From: Gammaproteobacteria bacterium
GTDB taxonomy: Bacteria > Pseudomonadota > Gammaproteobacteria > Pseudomonadales > Pseudohongiellaceae
Length of the DNA: 64,000 nucleotides
Direction of reading: 5' to 3'
NCBI GenBank assembly: GCA_009844085.1
Contig: VYCF01000007.1
Coordinates: 1,746 to 65,745 of the forward strand
Positions 12,795 to 21,637 of the stretch are shown piece by piece. The number at the start of each line of letters is the position of its first letter. The stretch's first letter is position 1. A program made the position numbers and the translations under genes. Below the pieces are notes generated by a model. It saw only the letters and a program-made list of their open reading frames with translations. It ran no database searches and was not told the DNA's origin.

Positions 12795-15233
12795 TTGACT
12801 GCCTATTATTTGAGAAACGGTTTCCGGGCGCTCTTTAAGAGCAAACTTGCGTCTTTGGTTAGCATTGTCGGGCTTGGAATAGGTATAAGCGCAGCATTGC
12901 TCATCGGTATATACATTGACGATGAATTGAGCTATGACAGATGGCTGCCGGAGTACGAAAAGATATTTCGGTTGCAGGTTTCATCTGTAAACTCCGATAC
13001 TACTTTCAGATACATACAAATTCCGTCAGACACTGGACTCTGGCTTCGTCAGGATTATCCGCAAATCGAATCGGTAACTCGGGTCGATCCTTCCATAGAA
13101 ATTGTTGGCAAAGATAACGAGGCTTATTCAGAAACGATTTTCTGGGTCGACTCCAATTTTTTTGAAATATTTCAGTTTCCGACAATATCTGGATTGTTGG
13201 AAACGGCACTGGAACAGCCGAACAGCCTGGTCATCAATGAGTCGATAGCCGAAAAATATTTCGGCAGTACAGATCCGTTGGGCCAGGTGCTTGCAGTGAA
13301 TATCGAGCACCCGATGGTGGTAAGGGCAGTAATCTCCGATATTCCTTCCAACACACATATACGACCCGGAATAATTGCATCGGGCAATAGCAGGCCCTCG
13401 CCACTGTTGGAGCAGGATAGAATTCCAATTGTTGAGTCGTTCGGTCGCAAATCCTGGTCAGTTCGAACCTACCTGAAGCTACCTGATGAAATCTCTCCCA
13501 GCTCTATTGAGAGCGATCTGCCGACGATGCTGGATAGGCGCTTACCACGGGAAACCGGCCGAAAAAACAGCGAAGTCTACGGATTGGAACTCGTCCCGAT
13601 CGCCGATATACACTTGAACGGGCCGGATTCCAGCCAACGCTCTGTGGACTTGCGTAATGTCTACTCGGTCGCCGCTATAGCTCTACTCATTGTAGTGGCA
13701 GCCGCCATTAATTTTGTCAATCTGCATTCAGCGCGAAATTTAAGGAAGAATCATGAAATTGCTATTCGAAAAACACTCGGGGCTGGCAGAAAAGAACTGA
13801 CCTGGCAGTTTATTAATGAGTCATTCGCCGTTGTGCTTGTGGCTGCTGTATTGGCAGTACTGGTTGTAGCATTAATATTACCGGTTTTTAACAACTATCT
13901 GTCTAGAACTATTGGGCTATCTGGTCTTTTTAGTCCAGTTGTAATTTCTGCGTTTTTGTTAACTGTTTTAGCCGCTAGCGTACTATCAGGACTTTATCAA
14001 TCCTCTCTTCTTGCTCACACATCTCCAGCCCAGGATTTCCACAGGAATAGCCCGAAAAAGGGAGGGGGCGCGCGGAATCTGTTATCGGTGGTCCAGTTCG
14101 CTATTTTGACCGGCCTGTTGATCGGAACCATGACAATTTTCCTGCAAGTAAGATTCGCGGTCGGCGAAGCCTTACGGCAAGACACCGATCCCGTATTAGT
14201 TAGTCCTACCTTTTGTGAAAATCCATTAAGACTAGCGCTGGTAGATATACCCGATGTAATTGACGTATCGTGCACAGAGGATCTGCCGCAGCAGGGTATA
14301 GGCTCGTCTACTGGCATCGCAGTCAAAGCAGATAACAGTCGCGGGATCAGCGTTTGGTATACGTCTATAGATACGAAATTTTTTGAACTTTACGAGATTG
14401 ACTTGGTTGCGGGACGTAATTTTTCCGATGATAGACCTCGTGATAGATCCCCGGAGAATAATCAATGGCTTGTCCCCGAGCCCATAATAATCACCGAATC
14501 CACATCAAGATTGCTAGGTTTTGATTCGGCCCAGGACTCGATTGGCCAGATATTGTCGTGGGATCGCCTCTATCGGTTGCCAAGCACATTTACTGGCGTG
14601 CACGATGCCGAAGTAGTTGGAGTAGTAGAAGACTTTCAAATCGGAACAGTAAGATCTGTTCGACAGAATGCTGCATTTATGTACGACCCAGGGTTATGGT
14701 TCCAGGCCAGTATCAAGATTTCGGGCGAAAATGTACCTGAAGTATTGGAGGAAATCGATCGAATCTGGAGAAATTTCAATGGCGGTGGTCCTGCACAGAT
14801 CGTATTCTTCGATGAAATGATCGAGAGCATGTATCGCTCCGTCATCCGTCAACGAGATCTGTTGTCTGTATATGCAAGCGTGGCAGTCTTCATCGCGATT
14901 CTGGGGTTGGTAGGGCTCGCCGCTTATGTTGTTCAAGAACGGACCAAGGAAATCGGCATCCGTAAAGTGGTAGGAGCAAGCCGTACGGAGATAATAACTT
15001 TGCTTTTATGGCGATTTTCCAAACCAGTTCTGCTTTCCAACCTCCTGGCCTGGCCCGTTGCCTATTACTATCTCAATCAGTGGCTGGCGGGTTTCGCACG
15101 ACATATTGATCTTCAATGGTGGATTTTCCTGGCAGCAAGTTCCGTAACCCTGTCCATCGCTCTCCTGACCGTATTCAGTCATGCATACCTTGCTTCCGGC
15201 ACAAATCCGGTAAACGCTCTACGATACGAATAA
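12795..15233 (+). CDS. MacB-like ABC permease with duplicated FtsX domains and large periplasmic domains
   Basis: TTG start at 12795. The N-terminus (YLRNGFRALFKSKLASLVSIVGLGIGISAALLIGIYIDDELSYDRW) is typical of the long FtsX permease family. There are two FtsX-like 4-TM blocks (KTLGAGRKEL..., RKVVGASRTEII...). The segment is markedly AT-richer than its flanks. Confidence 0.85.
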   Translation: MTAYYLRNGFRALFKSKLASLVSIVGLGIGISAALLIGIYIDDELSYDRWLPEYEKIFRLQVSSVNSDTTFRYIQIPSDTGLWLRQDYPQIESVTRVDPSIEIVGKDNEAYSETIFWVDSNFFEIFQFPTISGLLETALEQPNSLVINESIAEKYFGSTDPLGQVLAVNIEHPMVVRAVISDIPSNTHIRPGIIASGNSRPSPLLEQDRIPIVESFGRKSWSVRTYLKLPDEISPSSIESDLPTMLDRRLPRETGRKNSEVYGLELVPIADIHLNGPDSSQRSVDLRNVYSVAAIALLIVVAAAINFVNLHSARNLRKNHEIAIRKTLGAGRKELTWQFINESFAVVLVAAVLAVLVVALILPVFNNYLSRTIGLSGLFSPVVISAFLLTVLAASVLSGLYQSSLLAHTSPAQDFHRNSPKKGGGARNLLSVVQFAILTGLLIGTMTIFLQVRFAVGEALRQDTDPVLVSPTFCENPLRLALVDIPDVIDVSCTEDLPQQGIGSSTGIAVKADNSRGISVWYTSIDTKFFELYEIDLVAGRNFSDDRPRDRSPENNQWLVPEPIIITESTSRLLGFDSAQDSIGQILSWDRLYRLPSTFTGVHDAEVVGVVEDFQIGTVRSVRQNAAFMYDPGLWFQASIKISGENVPEVLEEIDRIWRNFNGGGPAQIVFFDEMIESMYRSVIRQRDLLSVYASVAVFIAILGLVGLAAYVVQERTKEIGIRKVVGASRTEIITLLLWRFSKPVLLSNLLAWPVAYYYLNQWLAGFARHIDLQWWIFLAASSVTLSIALLTVFSHAYLASGTNPVNALRYE

Positions 15234-15349
15234 CGATCCGGGCCGCCACTCGTATTGCAGGGCAATGATTTGCCGCCATCCCTTCGATTGTGTAGTAGCA
15301 TTGGCGGCTCGCTTCCGGTTTTTCGTAGTCACGATTCAAGGATCCCAAA

Positions 15350-15982
15350 ATGAGAAAACTGATTAGTTGCTTGATCGCTTTCGTGTGTTTGTTCTCAGCC
15401 GGCCCTATTCTGGCCGACGAGAACGATATTCTGATATTCGTCCGCGACGATTCCCGCAATCTGGAGCTGATGCTTGAAGAGGAAGTGCTGGTAATCAAAG
15501 CCATGCTGGAAGCGGAAGGATTCGACGTGGATATTGCAACTGTTGACGGTGAGGATCTGGTTGCCGAAAGCGTAAGCGTTTCGGTGGACCACAAGATTGC
15601 AGACGTTTCCATGGACGATTATGGCGGCATCGCTCTTCCGTGTATGGCGCCGCCGCCGGGTTCCGCGCTGGAGAGCACGGTCGTCGGGTTGGTGGCTGAA
15701 GCGGCCGCAAGCGCCAAACCCGTTGCGGCTTCTCGAGGCGCTGTCGGGTTTCTTGCTGAAGCCGGCGTGCTTGAGGGCAAGCGCTTCGCCTACGCTTCGC
15801 CGGTAGACGTGGACGACCGTCCGAGCTTTCGCGGCGCGACTTTTACCGGGACTGGAACCGAACGGGATGGATTCGTTACAACCAATGGAATTTGCCCGCT
15901 GGCTTCACGTTCCCTCAATCTGCCCGACGGCACGCGGGACATGACCGTGGCGTTTATCGAATCTCTCAAGTCGCGAGACTGA
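15350..15982 (+). CDS. Secreted DJ-1/PfpI-like (class I glutamine-amidotransferase-fold) protein, nucleophile Cys apparently absent
   Basis: Signal peptide. AKPVAASRGAVGFLAEAGVLEGKRFA aligns by eye with the GKPVAAICHGP..L..AG.L.G elbow of DJ-1/PfpI proteins, but has SR in place of IC. This is a weak call. Confidence 0.4.
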   Translation: MRKLISCLIAFVCLFSAGPILADENDILIFVRDDSRNLELMLEEEVLVIKAMLEAEGFDVDIATVDGEDLVAESVSVSVDHKIADVSMDDYGGIALPCMAPPPGSALESTVVGLVAEAAASAKPVAASRGAVGFLAEAGVLEGKRFAYASPVDVDDRPSFRGATFTGTGTERDGFVTTNGICPLASRSLNLPDGTRDMTVAFIESLKSRD

Positions 15983-16023
15983 ACTTGTATCGAATGACGA
16001 TCGGCGATTGCGAGACCTGGGGC

Positions 16024-16734
16024 ATGATGCGCAGCACTATATTTCTGCTGATTTGCTTGTCTGGTTTTGGCAGCGCCCTGGGCGCGGAGGAAATGCGCCG
16101 CATCAGCGTTTCCGGAATCGGCGAGGTTCAGGTCGAACCCGACCGGGCTCGGGTGTATCTCAATGCCCATGCAGAAGCACGCAGCACGACGGAAGCGCGG
16201 CGACTCGTCGACGAACAACTGAATGGACTGGCAGCCGCGCTTGAGGCTGCCGGCCTCGAAGAGGACGATCTCATTGCCGGGCAGTTCACGCTGGCGCCGC
16301 AATACGATTACGGGGGCGTTCGACGCAGGTTTCTCGGCTATCTTGCCCGCCGCGACGTCCAGGTCGATGTGGATGATCTCGAGCGCCTGAATCCCCTGCT
16401 CGACGCCGCGCTCGGAGAAGGCATCGAGGGGTTTCAGTTCATCGAATATCGAACCAGCCGCGAAGCCGAATTGCGTGCACAGGCCAGGGAACTCGCAGTT
16501 GCGGATTCGCGGCGGCAGGCGGAAGAACTCGCCACCGCCTACGGCGCCAGCCTGGGCCCCGTCATTTCCATCAACTACCGAAATACGACCTCGACTCCCT
16601 ATCGAATCGGGCAGGAGCAGATGATGGGCATGGCGTCATTTAGTGCCCAGGAGGCGGCATCCATGCCATACGTTCCCGGCGATCTGAGCTTCATCGACCG
16701 GGTCGAAGTCGTATTCGAACTGCTCGTGGATTGA
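16024..16734 (+). CDS. SIMPL/DUF541 periplasmic protein
   Basis: Signal peptide MMRSTIFLLICLSGFGSALGA. ISVSGIGEVQVEPDRARV... and ...ELAVADSRRQAEELATAYGASLGPVISI are typical of DUF541. An alternative start is at 15994. Confidence 0.75.
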   Translation: MMRSTIFLLICLSGFGSALGAEEMRRISVSGIGEVQVEPDRARVYLNAHAEARSTTEARRLVDEQLNGLAAALEAAGLEEDDLIAGQFTLAPQYDYGGVRRRFLGYLARRDVQVDVDDLERLNPLLDAALGEGIEGFQFIEYRTSREAELRAQARELAVADSRRQAEELATAYGASLGPVISINYRNTTSTPYRIGQEQMMGMASFSAQEAASMPYVPGDLSFIDRVEVVFELLVD

Positions 16735-16748
16735 GCGCGCCGTCCATA

Positions 16749-17717
16749 TCAGCTCAGAGGGGAAAGGATCTGCCAACTCCGTTCGATGAACCAGTAGGCG
16801 GCAATGCCGCCAGCGGCGTACAGAGGGATCTGGTGCAATGCGCGAAGATGTTGCACTCGTATTATGGTCAGCAGCGCCAGCACCAGGGCGATGATGGCGA
16901 GTTGGCCCACTTCGATGCCGATGTTGAACAGGAGGAGCGCCATGAGTTGGCTGTTTTCCGGCAAGCCGATCTCGGCCAGCGCTCCGGCGAATCCCAATCC
17001 GTGCAGCAGGCCGAAAATGAAGGCGATGACGGCAGGGTATCGCCTGGTGAGCGAAGGTTTGCCCGAGAGGTTTTCGTAAGCCAGTAGCGCGATGCTGCCG
17101 GCAATCATCGCCTCTACCGGCGCCGATGAAAGCGTGAGCAGATCGAAGGCGGACAGGGCCAGCGTCAACGAGTGAGCGACCGTGAAACTGGTCACTACGA
17201 CAAGGATATCCAGCGGCTTCCGTACGATGTACAGCAACATGATCACGAACAGAACGTGATCGAATCCGAAAATCAGGTGCTCGATCCCGATGGCGAGGTA
17301 TACCGGCAAGCCCGGAGCGGCTTCGGATAACTGAATGCGAGGCTCATCGCCGTTGATCAATAATTCCCGGGTCTCGCCGTCGAGACGCTCGATACTGACC
17401 AGGGTATCGATCAGGCTTCGTTCCAGCCCGGAGATTTCGATGGTTTCCAGCGCCGACTCGCTGCAGTTCAACTCGAATACTTCGATCACCGCGCCGCTGG
17501 TCAGGCTCGCTGAGACCGGAGTCGATTCACAGTTCGTTTGCAATTGCAGCCCAAGATAGCGCCCATCGATCTGCGGCTGCCGCAATGACGCTTCGAACAG
17601 TTCCCCGCCTTCGCCTGCCTCCAGTTCGGTCAGTTTCAGAAAGGCCGGCCTGACCTCGTGGGCCTGCGCCGGCAAGGCAACCACCAGCAACAGCAGAAAC
17701 AGCGATGTTCTCGTCAT
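16749..17717 (-). CDS. HupE/UreJ-family membrane protein with an N-terminal periplasmic extension
   Basis: Signal peptide, then an approximately 130-aa soluble part, then HupE-like TM helices (GFDHVLFVIMLL, SFTVAHSLTLAL, FIFGLLHGLGFAGAL, LLFNIGIEVGQL). Confidence 0.8.
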   Translation of the reverse strand: MTRTSLFLLLLVVALPAQAHEVRPAFLKLTELEAGEGGELFEASLRQPQIDGRYLGLQLQTNCESTPVSASLTSGAVIEVFELNCSESALETIEISGLERSLIDTLVSIERLDGETRELLINGDEPRIQLSEAAPGLPVYLAIGIEHLIFGFDHVLFVIMLLYIVRKPLDILVVVTSFTVAHSLTLALSAFDLLTLSSAPVEAMIAGSIALLAYENLSGKPSLTRRYPAVIAFIFGLLHGLGFAGALAEIGLPENSQLMALLLFNIGIEVGQLAIIALVLALLTIIRVQHLRALHQIPLYAAGGIAAYWFIERSWQILSPLS

Positions 17718-18514
17718 GGCGGCTCCACGACGATGGTGTATTCCTCCAGCAGGTTTTCGACATAGGCGTCGCGCGCCTGCAATTGCCGCGCCCTTTGGAA
17801 GTCCTGCAACACCTGTGGCCGGATTCCCTCGAGCGGCGTCACCTCACTGGGATGTATCGCGTCGATCCACACGAGATGAAAACCGAAACCGCTTTGCACC
17901 GGGCCCTGCCAGCTTCCGGCCGTCAGAGTCGCCAGTTGGCCGTCAAAACTGGCCCCGAAAGTCGCGTTCAGATCCAGCGCGCTGCGATAGGCATAAGCAG
18001 GATTCAACATCGTGGGTTCGCCGAATTCCTGCGCTGCCGCGCCCTCGTTTATCCGGGCCAGCGCATTCTCGGCCGTGGCGAGTTGCTGAAAATAGAGATG
18101 CCGAAAGGAATACCTGACCGGCAGCGTGTAGTCGTCGAGGTTCTCCAGGTAGAAGGCTTCGAGTTCACCTTGTTCCGGCGTGGGAATCGTCTCCGATTCA
18201 GCGATGAAGCCCAGTTTCTGCACCAGGCGGCGGCGGACGATGGAGTCTTCCTGATCCAGACCCAGGCGCAGGGCTTCCCGGTACAGCACTTCTTCCTTCA
18301 GCCAGTTATCCAGCAGGGAATTCAACTCCGCTTCGGTTGCGACGAGGCCGGTCTGGGTCGTCCACAACGTGGCCAGCCGATCGCGAAGCGCGGGTGTTAT
18401 GACGATTTCGCCGCGGTTTTCGGGAATCCGGCTATCGGCAACAAACAGCGCCAGCCCGATTGCAAGAAACCACAAAAGCGGCTGTTTCAGCAGGCCACCG
18501 GGCGCCATGATCAA
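17714..18514 (-). CDS. Parvulin/SurA-like peptidyl-prolyl isomerase family protein
   Basis: N-terminal anchor. KEEVLYREALRLGLDQEDSIVRRRLVQKL and GPVQSGFGFHLVWI resemble the PPIC-type family that accompanies DUF3604 and HupE genes. A 4-nt overlap with the HupE start implies an operon. Confidence 0.6.
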   Translation of the reverse strand: MIMAPGGLLKQPLLWFLAIGLALFVADSRIPENRGEIVITPALRDRLATLWTTQTGLVATEAELNSLLDNWLKEEVLYREALRLGLDQEDSIVRRRLVQKLGFIAESETIPTPEQGELEAFYLENLDDYTLPVRYSFRHLYFQQLATAENALARINEGAAAQEFGEPTMLNPAYAYRSALDLNATFGASFDGQLATLTAGSWQGPVQSGFGFHLVWIDAIHPSEVTPLEGIRPQVLQDFQRARQLQARDAYVENLLEEYTIVVEPP

Positions 18515-18518
18515 GCCA

Positions 18519-20414
18519 TCAGAGTTGTGCCGGGGTCAGCCAGATCGGTGATGACCAGACGCGCTCCTGGATCGTCGGCTGCAGATCGGGGTGCGGATCG
18601 ACGCCCGCGCGAATCGCATCCCAGGTCGACCAGCGGCAGGTAGGATTTTCCAGCCCGCGAACGTAATAGAAGGCGTGTTGATCCGGATCGAAGTCGGGAT
18701 CCTGCCAGGCGGCGCGCAACTCGGCGGCGCCGACGCCTTGCGTAATGCTGCAATCGCTGATGTCGACCCGAGCGCCGTTGTCGGGGCAGCGGTGGGTCTC
18801 GGGATCGACCGATCCCTCCGAACAGGCGATGTCATACACTTCTTCCCGGGCTTCGCCGTCTTCGACCCAGCCCTTGATGATCTGCAGTCTCTCCAGGTTT
18901 GCGCTGTTGGGATCCTTGGCGACCCAGGCAATAAAGCCCGGCGATCGGTCCGTTTCAGCGAGCAGGTCGCCACCCATGGGCACTCCACCGGCATAGGCTT
19001 GCGCGAGCATGTCGGGGTCGTCGGCCGCCGGCAGCTCGTATCCGCCGAAGAAGCGCACTTTCATGCGCGTTCCCGAAGTGCCGAAAGTCTCTTTTCGCCG
19101 AAAGGCGTCATAAATGCTGCTCCGGGTGTTCTCTTCGGCCCATACGCCGGCCAGGCCCGCGGCGCTCCAGGTATCGTAATAGGTATCCCTGTAAAGCTCT
19201 CCCTCGGGCGTAGGTTCGGCCAATGGCACCGAACCCCGCAAGACGGGAGTGGCGTCGTTCAAGCCGACCTTGCTCCAATAGTCGTGCTCTTCGCCGGCGT
19301 AAGTCGCGTTATGCGTGTCGCTGGAACCGATAACGCCGAACTTGTAGGGATTGAATCCCTCCTCGGCCTGCATCTTCAGTCCGTTGAGATATGCCTGGCG
19401 CACATAGCCTCCGTTCGGTTCGCTGTAGAGATTGGTGGCTACCCGAAGCGGCATGATCTCGAAATCGGCCCATTCGTCGTTCGGCGACAAGGCCGGATGC
19501 GTGTCGGATGTGCCCTTGACCTGGCTGATCTCCACCAGGGGTTCGTTGCGCATGCGCTGATTGGCGTATGCATCGTCCAGGGGCCTGCCGGAATTATCGG
19601 TCAGCATGAACATCCTGCCGTTGGAGCCGTTGGAATTGTGCGGAATGGCCAGACTCTCGATGCCCTGGGCGCGGTTGCCGTCCATCCAGTTCCACAGGTC
19701 TTCCGGATTGCTCGAATCCAGACGCGAGAACGGCAACTCCGGCCCCACGTCTCCGCGAAAGATCACGTTGCGGTGCAGGTTGCCCCGGTCGGGTGCGCTT
19801 GCGGTGTATTCGTAACCGATGAAGGTGGTGAAGTTGCCAGGATCGTTGTGCCGGTTGGCGGCCGCGATAATGTCGTCCCAGGCCGATTTGCGGATTACGG
19901 GATCGTTGATTTCCAGCCCGTCTTCGCTGCGCATGAAGGCCAGAATCTCCTGGAATTTCGCTCCTCTCTCCACGGAGCCGCCGAGAGTGGACATTCCGGC
20001 GGCTACGGGATGCCTCGATATCTCCGAATTCGGGTTGGCCATCTCCCTGAGCACGCCGATGTAAAACGCATGGTCGGTTACCCCATAGAAATCCAGCGGA
20101 ACCTGCAATTGCATTTCGAATCCCGCAGGGTGGGTGATCGAACCGCCCTTGGCGAACTCGTATGCGTCGTCCGGCGATGAAGTCGTGCCGAATATGAAGG
20201 CGTCGAAGGAATACATGGTGTGTACATGCAAATCGCCGAAGTACGCGTTGCGCAATGCGCTGTAACCCGCGGTTCGAACCGGTGCGGCCTCGGCGGCCGG
20301 CGCCGGAGTTGCGGAAACTTCCGGTGTCTCCGGTACGGAGGAGGTATTGTCGGAGCATGCGCTCAGAAATGCCGCGCAGGCAAGGGCGGAAACCGGATAG
20401 CTCAATTTGACCAT
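18519..20414 (-). CDS. DUF3604 lipoprotein (PHP-like metal-dependent hydrolase fold)
   Basis: Lipobox LSAC. The characteristic YFGDLHVHTMYSFDAF N-terminal metal motif and the family's IGSSDTHN block are present. Confidence 0.8.
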   Translation of the reverse strand: MVKLSYPVSALACAAFLSACSDNTSSVPETPEVSATPAPAAEAAPVRTAGYSALRNAYFGDLHVHTMYSFDAFIFGTTSSPDDAYEFAKGGSITHPAGFEMQLQVPLDFYGVTDHAFYIGVLREMANPNSEISRHPVAAGMSTLGGSVERGAKFQEILAFMRSEDGLEINDPVIRKSAWDDIIAAANRHNDPGNFTTFIGYEYTASAPDRGNLHRNVIFRGDVGPELPFSRLDSSNPEDLWNWMDGNRAQGIESLAIPHNSNGSNGRMFMLTDNSGRPLDDAYANQRMRNEPLVEISQVKGTSDTHPALSPNDEWADFEIMPLRVATNLYSEPNGGYVRQAYLNGLKMQAEEGFNPYKFGVIGSSDTHNATYAGEEHDYWSKVGLNDATPVLRGSVPLAEPTPEGELYRDTYYDTWSAAGLAGVWAEENTRSSIYDAFRRKETFGTSGTRMKVRFFGGYELPAADDPDMLAQAYAGGVPMGGDLLAETDRSPGFIAWVAKDPNSANLERLQIIKGWVEDGEAREEVYDIACSEGSVDPETHRCPDNGARVDISDCSITQGVGAAELRAAWQDPDFDPDQHAFYYVRGLENPTCRWSTWDAIRAGVDPHPDLQPTIQERVWSSPIWLTPAQL

Positions 20415-20450
20415 GGACTTGTTCTCATCTTGGGTGAATGCCGTCGAGCG

Positions 20451-21515
20451 TCATTCCCGGCTGATGCCGAATTCCTCTTCGAGTTCAAGGAGGCGGGCGC
20501 CTGCGAGAGTGCCGGGCATCGAGTAATTGCCTTCGTGGCAGGCGTATTCGTATACCTGGTCCTCGGTGGCGTAGAAACTCAGCTCTGCCGTCCACGGCTG
20601 CAGATAGATATTGTCATCCTCGACCGTGAACTGGTAGAAGATTTCATTATCCGAATAGCGGCTGAAGCGTTCGACGATGCGGCCCTGCCTGTTAATGGGC
20701 ACCGAACTCTGGCTCAGTTGCAATGGATGGATATTGACGGTCTCGACCACGAGTTCGCCGTCTTCGTACCAGCCGACTGAATCTCCGAACCATTGCTCGA
20801 GCACGAGCGGCCTGCGGCCGGCCCGGGCCTCTTCGGCCGAATCGAAGATCGGAATGATGCGGGCGTCGTGCACCATCTCCACGAGAATCATGACGTAATC
20901 GTCGGTCTGCACGAACTGATAGGTGTTGTTGTAGAGCGCGCCCATCATGCCGGGGCCGGCCTTGTTGCCGAAACCAAGCAGGCAGCGCTCGGCGTTCGGA
21001 ATGGCTTCGGGACCCCTGGTGTCGCCGATCCCGGTGGCGTAGCGTGAGCCGAAATTGCGCCGCTCGAAATCGTATCGCGGATCTTCCCGGCGCGGGACGC
21101 GGCCATCGGGCGGGTCGACGACATACGAAGTGCGGAACTCGCCCTTGATCAAGGCAAGATTGGAGCCCGTGTCCACCCAGAAATTGTTATAGGCCCGCAC
21201 GCCGAAATCCGCGCCACCCTGTTCCGGCAGGTTATTGACTCCGTCGCCTTCATCGAAGCCGCCTTCGATTCCTCCGATGGGCGTCCTTGCGGCAATGACG
21301 AGCGCTTCTTCCGGCGACACGACGAGGGATTCGACGCCCTCCGGACGATTCAGGTTGGTCAGCGAGGCATTGGACCAGATGCCTTCGAGGTCGGGCCGCG
21401 AGGCGTCTTGCGCCGCTGCCGAGCCGAACAGCAATGCGCCGAGAAGCACGGCGGCAGGCTGGACAAGACGTCTCAGGGCCGGTGAACTTTCGAGTGAATC
21501 AGGAAAAAGAGTCAT
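20451..21515 (-). CDS. Secreted conserved hypothetical protein
   Basis: ATG at 21513-21515. Signal peptide (AAVLLGALLFGSAAAQD). I recognise no domain. The C-terminus contains YEYACHEGNYSMPG. Confidence 0.55.
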   Translation of the reverse strand: MTLFPDSLESSPALRRLVQPAAVLLGALLFGSAAAQDASRPDLEGIWSNASLTNLNRPEGVESLVVSPEEALVIAARTPIGGIEGGFDEGDGVNNLPEQGGADFGVRAYNNFWVDTGSNLALIKGEFRTSYVVDPPDGRVPRREDPRYDFERRNFGSRYATGIGDTRGPEAIPNAERCLLGFGNKAGPGMMGALYNNTYQFVQTDDYVMILVEMVHDARIIPIFDSAEEARAGRRPLVLEQWFGDSVGWYEDGELVVETVNIHPLQLSQSSVPINRQGRIVERFSRYSDNEIFYQFTVEDDNIYLQPWTAELSFYATEDQVYEYACHEGNYSMPGTLAGARLLELEEEFGISRE

Positions 21516-21637
21516 GGAGGCTACCCGGTAATCCGCTTGGGCATATCTTAAACCACTGGGAGCCGGACTGCGCAACCATTGCGAAAAAGCGAAGCGTGTC
21601 TCAGGAATTGCCGTTCGATTGTTGCTATTGTTCGGGC

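Noticed and set aside
18591-20180. A 529-aa plus-strand ORF opposite the DUF3604 gene.
   Set aside because: It is an antisense shadow in high-GC DNA. The DUF3604 frame carries the diagnostic motifs and a lipobox.
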